A DNA stretch of 64,000 nt from Chara braunii. Its lineage: Eukaryota; Plantae; Charophyceae. Positions 49,686 through 61,947 of this stretch are shown here, in pieces (position 1 is the stretch's first letter; every line of letters starts with the position of its first letter). The position numbers were made by a program, and so were the translations under genes. The notes beneath the pieces are model-generated. The model had not been told where the DNA came from. It did not search any database and saw nothing but the letters and a program-made list of their open reading frames with translations. Location of the stretch: the NCBI GenBank assembly GCA_003427395.1, contig BFEA01000012.1, positions 641,219-705,218 on the forward strand, read 5' to 3'.

Positions 49686-50517
49686 TAATCTCTCAGTGCA
49701 AACTCAAAAAACAATGCCATTCAATTGCAACTGAAATGAAGAGACCGGAGAGAGAAATAGACAAAGGAAGAAGAAGAATGGAGGACAGAAGAAGAAAAAG
49801 AAGATGAGCAAAAGCTGGGAGCCTGGAACCCGTACCAACTCCTCCTCATCTCGCCACAAATTCCCTCCTCCAACATCTCTCCCAACATCTTTATCTAAAT
49901 ATTAAAATATATATTCTTTATAAATAGTGGGACTCGCGTGACACTCCTGCGAGGCCGGGTTCCCTGTGTTGGGAAAATGGTTGGAGACAAGGCCCGGGCC
50001 CAAGGGAAACCCGCAAAAAATTCAGTGTTTTTTTTTTCTTTTCGTCTGCACGCGAGTTCGAAGGCTGGCGCGCTGCGAGGGAGGTGCGTTGGAGTCACGG
50101 GGGAGGCTGTTTGTTTGTTTGTTTTTTCCGTGCGCGCACAAGTTCAAGGGCTGGACCACCGTGGCAGAGGTGTGTTGGAGTCATGGGCATGTTTCCTTGC
50201 TTTTCCAGGATTTTATTCCCCCCCCCCTCCCTGCATCACGTTTCGGACTCCCTTCCTCTTGCTCCGCCCCCTCCTGTGGACCACAGCTTTGCTGCGGCGG
50301 GNNNNNNNNNNNNNNNNNNNNNNNNNNNNNNNNNNNNNNNNNNNNNNNNNNNNNNNNNNNNNNNNNNNNNNNNNNNNNNNNNNNNNNNNNNNNNNNNNNN
50401 NNNNNNNNNNNNNNNNNNNNNNNNNNNNNNNNNNNNNNNNNNNNNNNNNNNNNNNNNNNNNNNNNNNNNNNNNNNNNNNNNNNNNNNNNNNNNNNNNNNN
50501 NNNNNNNNNNNNNNNNN

Positions 50518-50564
<47 letters not shown>

Positions 50565-51711
50565 AGGGTTCCACCCAGTTCGCACAATGTTGCAGACACC
50601 AAGACTCGATCCCCATACCTTCCCCAGCCCACTGTATAGTAGCCCATTGATCCTGTGTGTTTTGAACCTGTGACCTGTCCCTAAACTCGTGCACAAATGT
50701 TTTGAGTATGTAGTCTGGGTCGTGTGGACTTGAGCCGTAGAGCTAAGGGTTAGTAATCTTAGGGTCAGTCTATAAGTCTAGCCCTACGTGTCGCGAAGGG
50801 CCAGTCAGTCATGTGGGGGGTTCTAGAAATGTCAAACTGACCGTTCGGAGCTTTAGGAGTCAGTCCCTCGGACTCCGAAAGGTCAAGTATCCCTAGTCTA
50901 GTCAGCAAGTACAGTCCCAGTCCTAGTCTGAGACCCTTGGAAGGCGCGGATTGATGTAGGTGTAGGTCTAGAGACAGGTCTGGGTCGCACCGCTGTAGGG
51001 ATCGACTTGCGATCCGATTAGGACAACAAAAACGTTCCACGAATGATGCCCCCTGGAGGAGACTGTCCTTGGGGCTGTCACAAGCCATCTGATCTCCCCA
51101 CTGGTCGATTACAACGACAGGCACCTCCTGAGGCCTAGCATCCTCCTAAGGCCTAGCATCCAGCGTCTACTACGATCTGGATTTTTTCAAAAAAAGAAAA
51201 AGAACCATGTCATCCAACGGACCTAGCTCAGTTGCTACACCCATGAACCGTTGAAATACTGACCTCGATTCTAATCCGAACTGATTCAGATAAGCGATAT
51301 AACTCTGAATTCTCCAGGGGCCGTTCGGTTTGAACTTTGAGATGATATCTCAACCCTTAAAAAAAAAGGGGGAAAAAAGTTCAAGAACTTTAAAAAAGGC
51401 AACCATGTCATGCAGGAAAATAAACTGAACAGCTTTTGCCTCAGGGTCACATAGAAATTCTTTACCAAATCGAAATGGAAATAAAAAACAAGCCTTATTT
51501 TATTTTTTGCCTGATCCAGCAAGTGGTCCCCCCATTCACACTGCTAGCCAAGGTGCACGTGGTACAAATTGAAATAAGGCAGGCTCCCCAGGGGAAAAAA
51601 AAGGAACATTCAAAGGGGCATAGCTGTGTGGTTCAGTTCAAAGGACGGCACTCAAAGCTGTGTACGAATTACACATTAAAAACAAAAAAAAAACAGGTCC
51701 CCAAAATGAGA

Positions 51712-51850
51712 CAGGGACCTCAGTTGGTTGACCACGTAAGTGGTACAGAAGAGGTCGTGGGTTCGATTTCCCACGGCATCCATTCGATTCCCCATGACCC
51801 CCTGTGTGGCATTACTTCCGGCTCACCGACTGAGAAAGTCGGCTTGTCCT
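51712..51850 (+). mobile_element. tRNA-derived SINE head
   Basis: ctcagttggttgaccacg...gggttcgatt; resembles the head at 35680-35746. Confidence 0.5.
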
Positions 51851-52508
51851 TCCTGGGTGGTTGTGGAAGTTGAGGTTGTCTTTCCAGCTCGCGCCAGGTG
51901 TTAGAAGCCTGGGTGCTGCTTCCCGCACAGAGCAGATTTAGGTAGGTATAAACCCATAACCTTAGGATAGCTTAGTTGTAGTTAGTACATTTAAGGCTGG
52001 TCCTCTGTCCCAGTTAGATTAGTCCTTAGCAGGTAGATTCAGGGGGTAGTATAGCTGAGCTCTCCTTCCGCAGCTCGGGGTAGGTAGTGTGAGATAAAAA
52101 AGATTATTGAGAGAAGAATATAGGGTAATATACTAATAAAATGCAGCTGTCCCCCATATGAGGAGAAGGCAGCTTGCAATTAAAAAAAAAAAAAAAAAAA
52201 AAAAAAAGTGTTAAAAAAACAGAGACGGGGACCCAGTCTACCTCAGTGGTGAACTCATCAGTCAGTTGGTACCTCAAGAACCATACGCAGGTTCAAACCT
52301 CAGCTGGAACCACCAGGCCTACGTAGATTCAAACCAGAGGTTTATCACTGTGTGTCCAGGTGGGTATGGGTGTGGGTGGGTGGGCACATACATGCATGTG
52401 TGTGTGTGTGTGTGTGTCCCTTATCTTTTGGGGAGCCAACTTCACGCAAGTTCGCCCAAAAACAAAATGAAAACTTCTACGCACGTGCGCCCATGAAATT
52501 TCTGCCGT

Positions 52509-53771
52509 TTGTTGAAAACAAAAAATGAAACAGCAGGAAGCAGCAGTTCCACAACCACCCCCCCGGGTGAAGGCACAAAGGAAACAACGGAGGACTCGGT
52601 AAGAGTGACTCAGGAGGAGAGGTCGGAAGAGGGAATGGATAAGATGTCACAGGACTTGAATGATGAGGAGGAGGAAGAAGAGGGGGATGAGGATGAGGAA
52701 GAATGGGAAGATGCGGAAGGAGAAGAAGAACCAGAAACACTGGCTCAGTGGATCAGGACAGTACATAAATTAAAGTGGGAAAGGCACATTGAATGTGAAA
52801 TCCGCCTGGCTCACCATAAACACCTCAGAAATCTCAAACAGGCCACAGCAGCAGGAGAGGATCTCACAACAGCGAACCGCTTTGAATGGTTGAAGAAAGA
52901 GCAGGAAGTCAACGAACCCCACGCAACGCAATACGCATGGAAGGCCAGACCAGCTAATAATGACATTACGGTGCACAAGGCAGGATATACCAAGCAGTTC
53001 GTATGGCCCAAAACGTACCAGCCACAAGGCTTGAAAAGGTCGGAACAAAAGCGCAGGGCGCAGCAAGAAGGGGCGGATAAGTCCAACAGTGGGTATCAGG
53101 GAACGGACGATGCAGAGGAAGAGGATGAGCAGATGGAAGAGGAGAAGAGACAGGTGGCGATTCTGGAAGCACAAATCAATGTTCTCAAGGATCAGAACAG
53201 GGAGCTGGGGGAAGACACTATAAACCTGCAGAAGATTGCTTCCTTGTCGCACACAGACATAAACGCTGCAGCAAAGCTCTACGCGAAACACAACCCGGGC
53301 AAGAGAGTCGTCCTCCCCTATCGCTGGAACAGTGGTAATTCAGATTGGGAAGTGGCTATTCAAAAGTCGCGAGCATTACTTACAGTAAACGAAACCCACT
53401 GTTCTCAGGAGGAGCTCAAGGAGTTGATCTCTGCGGACCTGCCCATGAAGTCACAGATATTGGGGAGCCTCACACGCGACCGGGAGCAATGGGACGACAA
53501 GGCTGGAAGTGAGTCAATGGCTGATTATAGGCCTATTATGATCAGATTACAGGAGAAGGATAGGTTGGCGGAGGATTTGGTCTGGATGCCGTGGCAGGTG
53601 GTGGAGACAATGTCGTACGGTCTCTTGGGTGGATCGGAGGCAGCGGAGTGGGTCGCGAGGGGGGCGGCAATAGTCACCACGACAGATATCTTCGCGTGGT
53701 TACCAGATTACATTAGTAATAAGATAGCTTCACTGTCAACGGAGATAGATTGGTCTCAAACAGGTTCTTGA
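52509..53771 (+). CDS. LINE ORF1 (probably 5'-truncated): acidic/coiled-coil region plus C-terminal globular domain
   Basis: 420-codon open frame ending about 40 bp before ORF2. Confidence 0.75.
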   Translation: MLKTKNETAGSSSSTTTPPGEGTKETTEDSVRVTQEERSEEGMDKMSQDLNDEEEEEEGDEDEEEWEDAEGEEEPETLAQWIRTVHKLKWERHIECEIRLAHHKHLRNLKQATAAGEDLTTANRFEWLKKEQEVNEPHATQYAWKARPANNDITVHKAGYTKQFVWPKTYQPQGLKRSEQKRRAQQEGADKSNSGYQGTDDAEEEDEQMEEEKRQVAILEAQINVLKDQNRELGEDTINLQKIASLSHTDINAAAKLYAKHNPGKRVVLPYRWNSGNSDWEVAIQKSRALLTVNETHCSQEELKELISADLPMKSQILGSLTRDREQWDDKAGSESMADYRPIMIRLQEKDRLAEDLVWMPWQVVETMSYGLLGGSEAAEWVARGAAIVTTTDIFAWLPDYISNKIASLSTEIDWSQTGS

Positions 53772-53810
53772 GGAGGAGATTCTAGAGGGAAGCTACAAGG
53801 AACATGACTA

Positions 53811-56800
53811 ATGGAGGATGCTTTGAGTGAAGGGATATCTAAGAGAAGAAGGACAATAGTCAATTTAGGACGAAGTGAACCAGAAATTTCAATCATGTCA
53901 TGGAACATTAACGGGATGGTACAGATCTTGGAAAATAAAGATAAATGGGACAACGTACTGAAGTATTCAGATTGGTTCGGAAAGAATCCGCCAGACTTTC
54001 TATGTATACAGGAAACTCATCTCACAGATACTCCGGGACACCAACGCATCCAGCAGCGCATCCTACAACAGCTAAGGCGGGTTAGAGCTAGCTTTTGGGC
54101 TACAGCAGGTAGATCGCACTCAGCTGGAGTAGTAATACTACAGAACAAAAGGTCGGCGGCGGCAAACAAAATAGTCATACAAGATGTCAGGGTAGATGAA
54201 GGAGAAGGACGCTAGATAAAACTCAACTTTGTATACCATGAAGAATTATTCTCGCTCCTCACGGTTTACTGTCCGAATACAGGACACCAAAGGTCAGAGA
54301 TGATGCAATCATTACAGACTTATATAGACACAACAAGACACCTTATAATAACAGGGGACTGGAACGCTACCCTCGAACCAAATAAGGACAAATTGTTTGG
54401 AGGAAGATCAAGTTCGGGGGAGGGCGTGTCATGGGATGAAGCCTTACCCATTCATAATCTCATGACGTCCAAGGAACTCATTGATCCTTTTCGACTGCAC
54501 TACCCATATCAGAGACAATTTACCTTCTACAAAAGGAATCGTAGTCAGCACATGTCGGTCTCTAGGATAGACTACTTTCTCATTTCACAAGGCCTAGTAG
54601 GGACACTGCAAGCGGTTGGAATAGGGGACTTACCGTACTGTAATTGTTTAGATCATAAGCCCATTTTCCTCCATCTCCTCGTCAACAAAAACATACAAAG
54701 GGGTAAAAGTTTTTATAAAGTCAATAACTCTCTGCTAAAAACCCAAGAGTTGAAAGATGCTATACTGCAAGTATACTTGGATTATGACGAAGAAACACAA
54801 TCGTTTGAAGATCTCACGAACGCATTATCGAAGGCAACGTCAGTAGTAGCTAGGCAGTTAGCGGCTAGAAGAGCGGCGAGAGAAAGAGAGTTGCAGCGGG
54901 CGTTGCGAATTGCAGAAATAAATCTAATTAACAACCCAAGTATGGAGTTGTATGAGAAAATTATAGATTCAGCTAGAAGAGAACTGGAGGACTGGGAGCG
55001 ATGGAGGGCCAGGGGATTACAAATAAGGGCTAGAGTAAGAGAATGGGAGGAGGGAGAAAGAATGACGAAGTTTTTCTTTCAAAAGATCAAAGCAAGAGGT
55101 AGAAATGCGTTGATGGAACAATTGGATGGACCGCAAGGCCTGGAATCTACGCCAGAAGGGATGTTGACAGTAGCCTGCAACTTTTACAGAGACCTCTATA
55201 CTTCAAGGGAGGGGGAGCAGGAACAACAGCAATTAAAAGAAGTGAGAAATAAGTTCTTGGCTTACCTAGATTGCACGCTGAAAGGAGACCAAGCAGAGAT
55301 GTTGGATGCCCCTCTAACCCAAGAAGAACTAAGAGAAGCCCTCCACTCAATGCCTCCTAACAAGACACCAGGAAGGGACGGGTTCACCAAGGAATTCTGG
55401 CAGGAATACTGGCCCATCCTCGGAGGGGAATACGAGGCGTTTCTAAATCAGGCATGGCACAAAGAAGGCCTTGGCTTGGAATCCTCGTTGGGAGTCGTAA
55501 CCCTTTTGTACAAAAAGGGGGACCCCAAGGATATCAAAAATTATAGACCAATTACACTTCTAACACTCACGCACAAGATAGTGGCTAAAGCTCTAGCGAA
55601 TCGATTGAGAAAGGTCACAAATAGATGTTTTCATCTGGACCAAACAGGCTTCATACCTGGAAGATTTATTTTGGATAACGTCATGACGCTGTCGAAATCA
55701 GTCAGATATATTACAAATAAGAGGATCAACGTGACGATCCTCTTTTTTTATTTTGAAAAAGCTTACGACCAGGTAAATTGGAAATTTTTGCAGCTATGCA
55801 TGGAAAAGATGGGAGTCAGCCCTAACTTTCGTAAAGGGATCCGAGTTTTGTACAATGACACGCAAGGACAGGTTCAACTCAATGGTCACCTTTCGAAAAA
55901 GTATAAAATGTCCAGGTCGGTCAGACAGGGAGACCCACTAGCAGCCCCCATTTTTTTATTCATTATGGAGGCAATAGCCTCCTTCCTTAGGAAGGACCCC
56001 TCGATAGACCGCCTGATAGCAGAACCGGACTAGCAGGGACGCATTATAAACTTACCTACGACGATATTATTTGCGGATGATCTGACAGTCCTCATTAGAG
56101 CCACATACACCTCATTCCAGGCCCTCACAAGAGCTATGGAGGCCTTTCAATTAGCGTCGGAAATGAAGATAAATTGGCCTAAAACAGTAGGCTGGTGGCT
56201 CTCACATCAGAATCAACAGAGTCAATCCCAGCCTCACAATTATGGAGGCATGTCTTGGCTACCGTCGGATCAGCCGCTGAGATATTTGGGGATTAGGCTA
56301 GCTGACACGGGTCCCCATCACTCCATGGCCCCGGAACAAATGGCGAAAATGTTAGCAAAAATGTCAGCCTGGTCGGACATTTATACATCGCTGTTTGGGA
56401 GGGCATTAGTGTTAAACGCTTCCATTTTCTCAATGTTATGGTATGTAGGAACGATATGGACTCCGCCATCACAGTCGCTTCACAAGCTTACGAGGATGGC
56501 AGCTGCGTACTTATGGACGGCGAATCCGGATAAGACCAATTTTATATCAAAAGTAGCCTGGAAGCAAGTAATTCAATCAAAGGATCGCTGGGTCCCCCTA
56601 GCATTGGAACACATACGGGGGATGGCGAGATATACAACTCCACCAAATATGGAGGGCACGTTCTGGTTATTCTGTAAAGGTTGGGCCAAGAAGGGAATAA
56701 CAAGAGTGCAAGAGGAAGGGGAAAACGACACCAGGTCTTCATACTGGGCCCACATCCTAAAGATATGGGCCGAAGTCTTCCCGGCAAGAGTAAGAGACCC

Positions 56801-58214
56801 AAGAACGAAAGAGGAAGTTCTCAGGCAGCCTTTGTTTTGTAAACCATGGCTGAAGGACTTTCAAGGAAAACCTAGAACACTTACAGCAAAGGACGCCAAG
56901 TGGGGGAATTGGTTGGAGCATGGGGTATGGCAGGTAAAGCATCTATGGTCACCAACTCACAATAGGTGGAAAACGGGGAGGGAAATGAGAGAGGAAATGA
57001 AAGGTTGTCACAGACTAACCGAGAATTTGAATGAAGTGCTTACCTCCATAACCCAAGCATGGACACAAATATTGAGGGGCCCGTCTAAATGGGGCTGGGG
57101 TGACTGGGCAACATGGACCTCAAGCTCGGAACCAGATCAAGCGTTCCGCATTCACCAGGAGGTAGGCCCAACCAATCAGTGGCTGGAGGCAGACACGTAT
57201 CCAATCCTGAACCCAGACTTTAGGGTTAGTCGATTGGACAAAGAGACACGGGTTCCAATAGCCGTCAATAAAAATCTCCTTACGAAAGTCAGGGTGATCG
57301 AGACTGACGAGTTTACAATTTTTGCTCGTACAACACCTATCCAAGATCTGGAAATTGATCCAGCACATTGGGCATGGAACATCAAAGGGAATGGGTCAAG
57401 AGTAGTTAAGAGAGTTAACATACTCCACTACACTACTAAATGGGGATATAGGTTAAGAAAGAGATCAACTACGAAGGATCAATCGCTAGCAATTAGATGG
57501 GAAAAGAGGGTGGGAATACCAAGACAGCAAATACGAAAATTGCCATGGTCAATTTTGCACAACATCAGGCTGAATAAAGTCCGAAGTATGCAGTGGCTCA
57601 TACTTCACGTCGCACTCCCAGTCAACGCCTAGCTGTACGAAAAACGAAGCAGGAACAACAAAGATGTGAGAGAGCAAAACTGTGTCATGTGCACGGAAGG
57701 AGTACCTGAAACACTGCTTCACTGTCTTCTTCTCTGCCCGGAAGCGGAGTATATTTGGTCTATAGCTCGAACCCTGTGGGATCGCGTCATGGAACTTTCA
57801 TTTCCAAGAAGTAAAAGACTCCTCCTTACAGGAACTGAAGTCCCAACAAGTTGGAACTCAAACCATAAGTGCATCTACCAATTACTGAGACAATACACAT
57901 TATGGACAATATGGAAAAGAAGATGCCAACAAGTGATAGGTAAAAGCCTGTCAACTAGAATGGAAGCTAGAGCAACACTATATAATCTACTACAGACGGA
58001 CATTATAGCTCAATGCCAGCGAGCCAAGAAACAGGCAGCGGCTAACCCTGCAAAGGCGAAGGACATTCTCAACAAATTCCACAACAGAGTATTGGCTGAA
58101 GGTAAAATAGCCACAATGGAGGGGCACAAGTTGATCTTCTGTTGGTTCAGAGAAGACCAACAAGACATGACAAATGGACAACAGGGGCAGACACAGCAAC
58201 TGGCCTCACCATGA
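53811..58214 (+). pseudogene. LINE ORF2: APE endonuclease, reverse transcriptase, C-terminal CCHC finger; three in-frame TAG stops
   Basis: SWNING, LCIQETH, TGDWN, SRIDY, LDHKP; KTPGRDGF, NYRPITLL, FEKAYD, VRQGDPL, LFADD (about 56070); CVMC...HCLLLC. All segments are in one frame. Confidence 0.95.
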
Positions 58215-61200
58215 ACAAGGGAAGTCAAAGCTTAGAAAGGCGAAGGTCAAGAGCGAAGTGCAAGCAAAGGATCACAGGTTAAGACAGAATCGCAAACAGC
58301 TGACCATAGCAAGAGGCAAGGTAACTTTGGAGACTAAGGGCATTGAGACGAAAGGGAAGGGTTCATAGCAAAGGGTCATTAGAGATTATTGGCAATAAGA
58401 AGAAAAGGAAGATTTCAGGTAAGGATACTACAAATTAATGAGTCTGCAAAGGAAGCAGACCGCTAGAGGAATACAGGTAGGTCTAAAGGTTTTGGGAAGT
58501 AGGGTTTAGGGTTTAAGGAAAAAAACGAAAGGCCTAGTTAGTACTTCTACCAATTAAATCAAATTGGTAGTGGATCTACGGTTTTAGGGGGGTAGTAACA
58601 TGAGATATTGGTGCAATACAGAGAAGGTTTAGGGTTTTGAGGTTGTAGTCATCTAGGGTTTAGAGTCTCAACATGGAACAGAAAAGGCCCAGTTAGCAGT
58701 TCTAGCACTCAGAGCAAAGCCGGCAGCCAAGCAGCTGAGAGGAACAAGCTAGCCAATACAAACGGGATACNNNNNNNNNNNNNNNNNNNNNNNNNNNNNN
58801 NNNNNNNNNNNNNNNNNNNNNNNNNNNNNNNNNNNNNNNNNNNNNNNNNNNNNNNNNNNNNNNNNNNNNNNNNNNNNNNNNNNNNNNNNNNNNNNNNNNN
58901 NNNNNNNNNNNNNNNNNNNNNNNNNNNNNNNNNNNNNNNNNNNNNNNNNNNNNNNNNNNNNNNNNNNNNNNNNNNNNNNNNNNNNNNNNNNNNNNNNNNN
59001 NNNNNNNNNNNNNNNNNNNNNNNNNNNNNNNNNNNNNNNNNNNNNNNNNNNNNNNNNNNNNNNNNNNNNNNNNNNNNNNNNNNNNNNNNNNACACCCACA
59101 CCCGCTCAAAAACAAAACAAAAACTTCTACGCATGCGCACCCATGAAACTTCTGCCCCTGAAATCGTTGAAAACAAAAACGAAACGAAACAATAACTTCC
59201 AGTCTTCCACGCACACGGGCTCACCCGAGACTTGAAATCAAAACAATTTCTCTCTGATGCGCTTGCGCTCTGACACCTCGGACGGCCTGACACAAATTAT
59301 TGTCTGACACCTCTGACAACCTGACAACACTTATCGCACAATCCATATTCCATCTGCACATTTTCTCGATCAACGGCTTCCTGCGATCCACCCATCGCAC
59401 ATTGCCAACACCAGGTGTTGACGTAAGATAGCGTTTCAGGGCAAATCTCGACTGCCCGCTCCACCATCGGATGGTGGAAAAGAACTGAGGCTGCCAGGGT
59501 GAGGGACCCGTGGCTGATAAAGATTAGTAGTTTGTAGAAGATAATAACAACGACAATAGATGAATGAACCAGAATCAATGTCCGAATCCTGCCCTTACTG
59601 CCAGCCACTCAAGATATCCACCATACTCTAGGTCGAGCTGGTGGCTATGGCAGACCATCAGAGCCCAGCTCCGATGTTCAAAGGACAGCTCAAGGCTTCT
59701 ATGCCTCTCCCACTATCACCACCATGCCACATTCCCCCTCTGGAGCCTTCCTGCAAGGTACAACCCCACAATGGGCCTTCCAGGTGCAGCGTCAACCAAG
59801 AGGATGAAGATGCAGACCACCTCCCTCCTTCACCCTCCTCCTCCTTCCTTCTTCCTCTTTCTTCCTCACTCCTCTGCAAGAGCCATGTCTTCCTCGTTCT
59901 CCGCCTTGGTCTTCTCCACCATAGCCAAGATGGGGCCCCAGGTCTGCCTTCTCGTCCACCCAGTGCCTCACCAGACAGGTGAGCGCTCAGCCTCAGGGCT
60001 TGCTCTTGGAAGAATGAGGCAAAGTCCAGCACTGCCTCTCTAGATATACCGTCTGCTAAACTCCTCCGCATGACTCTTCAGCCTCCTGACCTCTCGGCCT
60101 ACTGGTTCCCCTGCCCCCTTTTGGTGGGAGAAACACTGCAGTCTGATCTTCCCGCTTTACTGGCGGGTACCTCCTTCCACCCTACTTTAAGTCTACCAGG
60201 CCATTACATGCTACCTCCGCCAACAAAGGTACTACCTTTTTGCCCTATCTGCATACGTACCAACAGCTACTTGATTTTCTGCCCCCCTGCAGCCTCCGTT
60301 CCCCTACTTTACCGCTGCACACACAGCCACAGGTTAATACCAGGCTTGACGGCCATGCAGACCATCAACAGTGGGTCACACACACCTTTACTTTTTTCTT
60401 TTTTTTCCCCCTCCCCTTTTTTCGCTTCTTCGCTTAAACCAGTGGAGTGACGGAGTAGCTAGGCCCTGGCTGAATAAGATTGAACCCTTGGACGCCGCTG
60501 CAAGGTCACGGGAGCAGCTCGCTCTCGGATCATGACGAATAACTGGGAAGGTACGAGGGCCATTGGGAGCATGGGTCCGCCATGCGTTGGTCTTGGCTTC
60601 GCGATCCAGCTTACTGATTGGCCTATTCCGCCCCTATCGTTTTTTCGGCTATTGCAGTCTTTTCATTCTTTCCATTTTTTCTTGCTTCCTCCTTTTGTCT
60701 CTGTTCTTTTCCCTTTTTTCCGTTGTCTTCTTTCTTCCTTTTTTTCTTTTTTCTTTTTTCTTTTTCTTTTTTTCTTTTTTCTTCTTTTCTTTCTTTCTTT
60801 TTCTCTTTTTCCTTTTTTCTTTTTTCTTTCTTTCTCTTCCTTTTTTTCTCTCTTTTTTTCCTTTCTTTTCTTTTGTTGCTTCCTTTTTTTCTGTACGTAG
60901 GATAGGCGTATGTAAGTCAATGGATAGCTGCGATAGCTTGTATCGGAAGGCTGTAGTTTGGGAACGCGCATCGCGGCTATATCAAAACAGAACGCCGGGG
61001 TTCTATTCATCAGAACATAGTGCGAACGGCTAACAACCAACGAGGCGACCGTTTTTTCCGCGATTGCAAAGGGTGGGTGGATCGACGGGCGATATGGACT
61101 TCTTCGCGGACTGGGACCTGGAAGAGGAGCAGCGGGACGAGGAGGAAGTGGTAACGTTGCTGGAGAACGGCACCTTCCCGACTCTGTGTCCGTACCCCGG

Positions 61201-61686
61201 TGCCTGAGCACTCCGGAGCTGGGCATCATGCATACTGCCTCTACCTGCCCCGCCGAACCTGCTCCGGCCAGCCCGCCTCCCATGCCGACGCGAAGCGTCG
61301 CCTTCGTGCTCCACCTCCTCCTCGCCCTACTTCCCAATCTCGCCATAGCCTGCGCGCTGTTTCTCGCATGCCTCTCGGAGGGTGTTTTTCTTCGGCTATC
61401 GGCGAGACGCTTCGCGTGTTTGGTCGGATGCACCATTTGCTTCGCGACCTTTTTCCTCGCCAGCTGCTGTTGCCTGTTCTTTGTCATAGGCGACGGGAGG
61501 TGGTTTGAGCAGTAGTCGAACAACGGGCTTAGTGAGGACAGAGCGATGGAGCGTAGATTTGCAGCGGAGGATTCGTCTTGCGCCTTTCTGGCTTTTCTCT
61601 CGTTCCTCTCCATCCTTTCCTTCCTCTACTTCATCCACTCCCTTCCCTACCCCTCTCCGCGTGACCTTCCCCTCCCCCCCGCCCCG

Positions 61687-61750
<64 letters not shown>

Positions 61751-61899
61751 ATAACCCGACTACCCCGCCAACGATCACCACCNNNNNNNNNNNNNNNNNN
61801 NNNNNNNNNNNNNNNNNNNNNNNNNNNNNNNNNNNNNNNNNNNNNNNNNNNNNNNNNNNNNNNNNNNNNNNCCTTCCAGAGATCGTGGAAGATGTCCCC

Positions 61900-61947
61900 C
61901 CCTCTGATGACGCCCCATGTGGCATGGGGCAGAAAAGCGCTTCAGGG
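61900..61947 (+). ncRNA. Minimal type I hammerhead ribozyme
   Basis: CCCT-CTGATGA-C-GCCCCATG-TGG-CATGGGGC-A-GAAA-AGCGCT-TC-AGGG: stem I CCCT/AGGG, 8-bp stem II, complete core, palindromic stem III; predicted cleavage after C61943. Confidence 0.8.

Noticed and set aside
60663-61613. 316-aa basic minus-strand ORF near the hammerhead
   Set aside because: Partly low-complexity repeat, no RT, GIY-YIG or other recognisable motif; cannot be supported as a gene.
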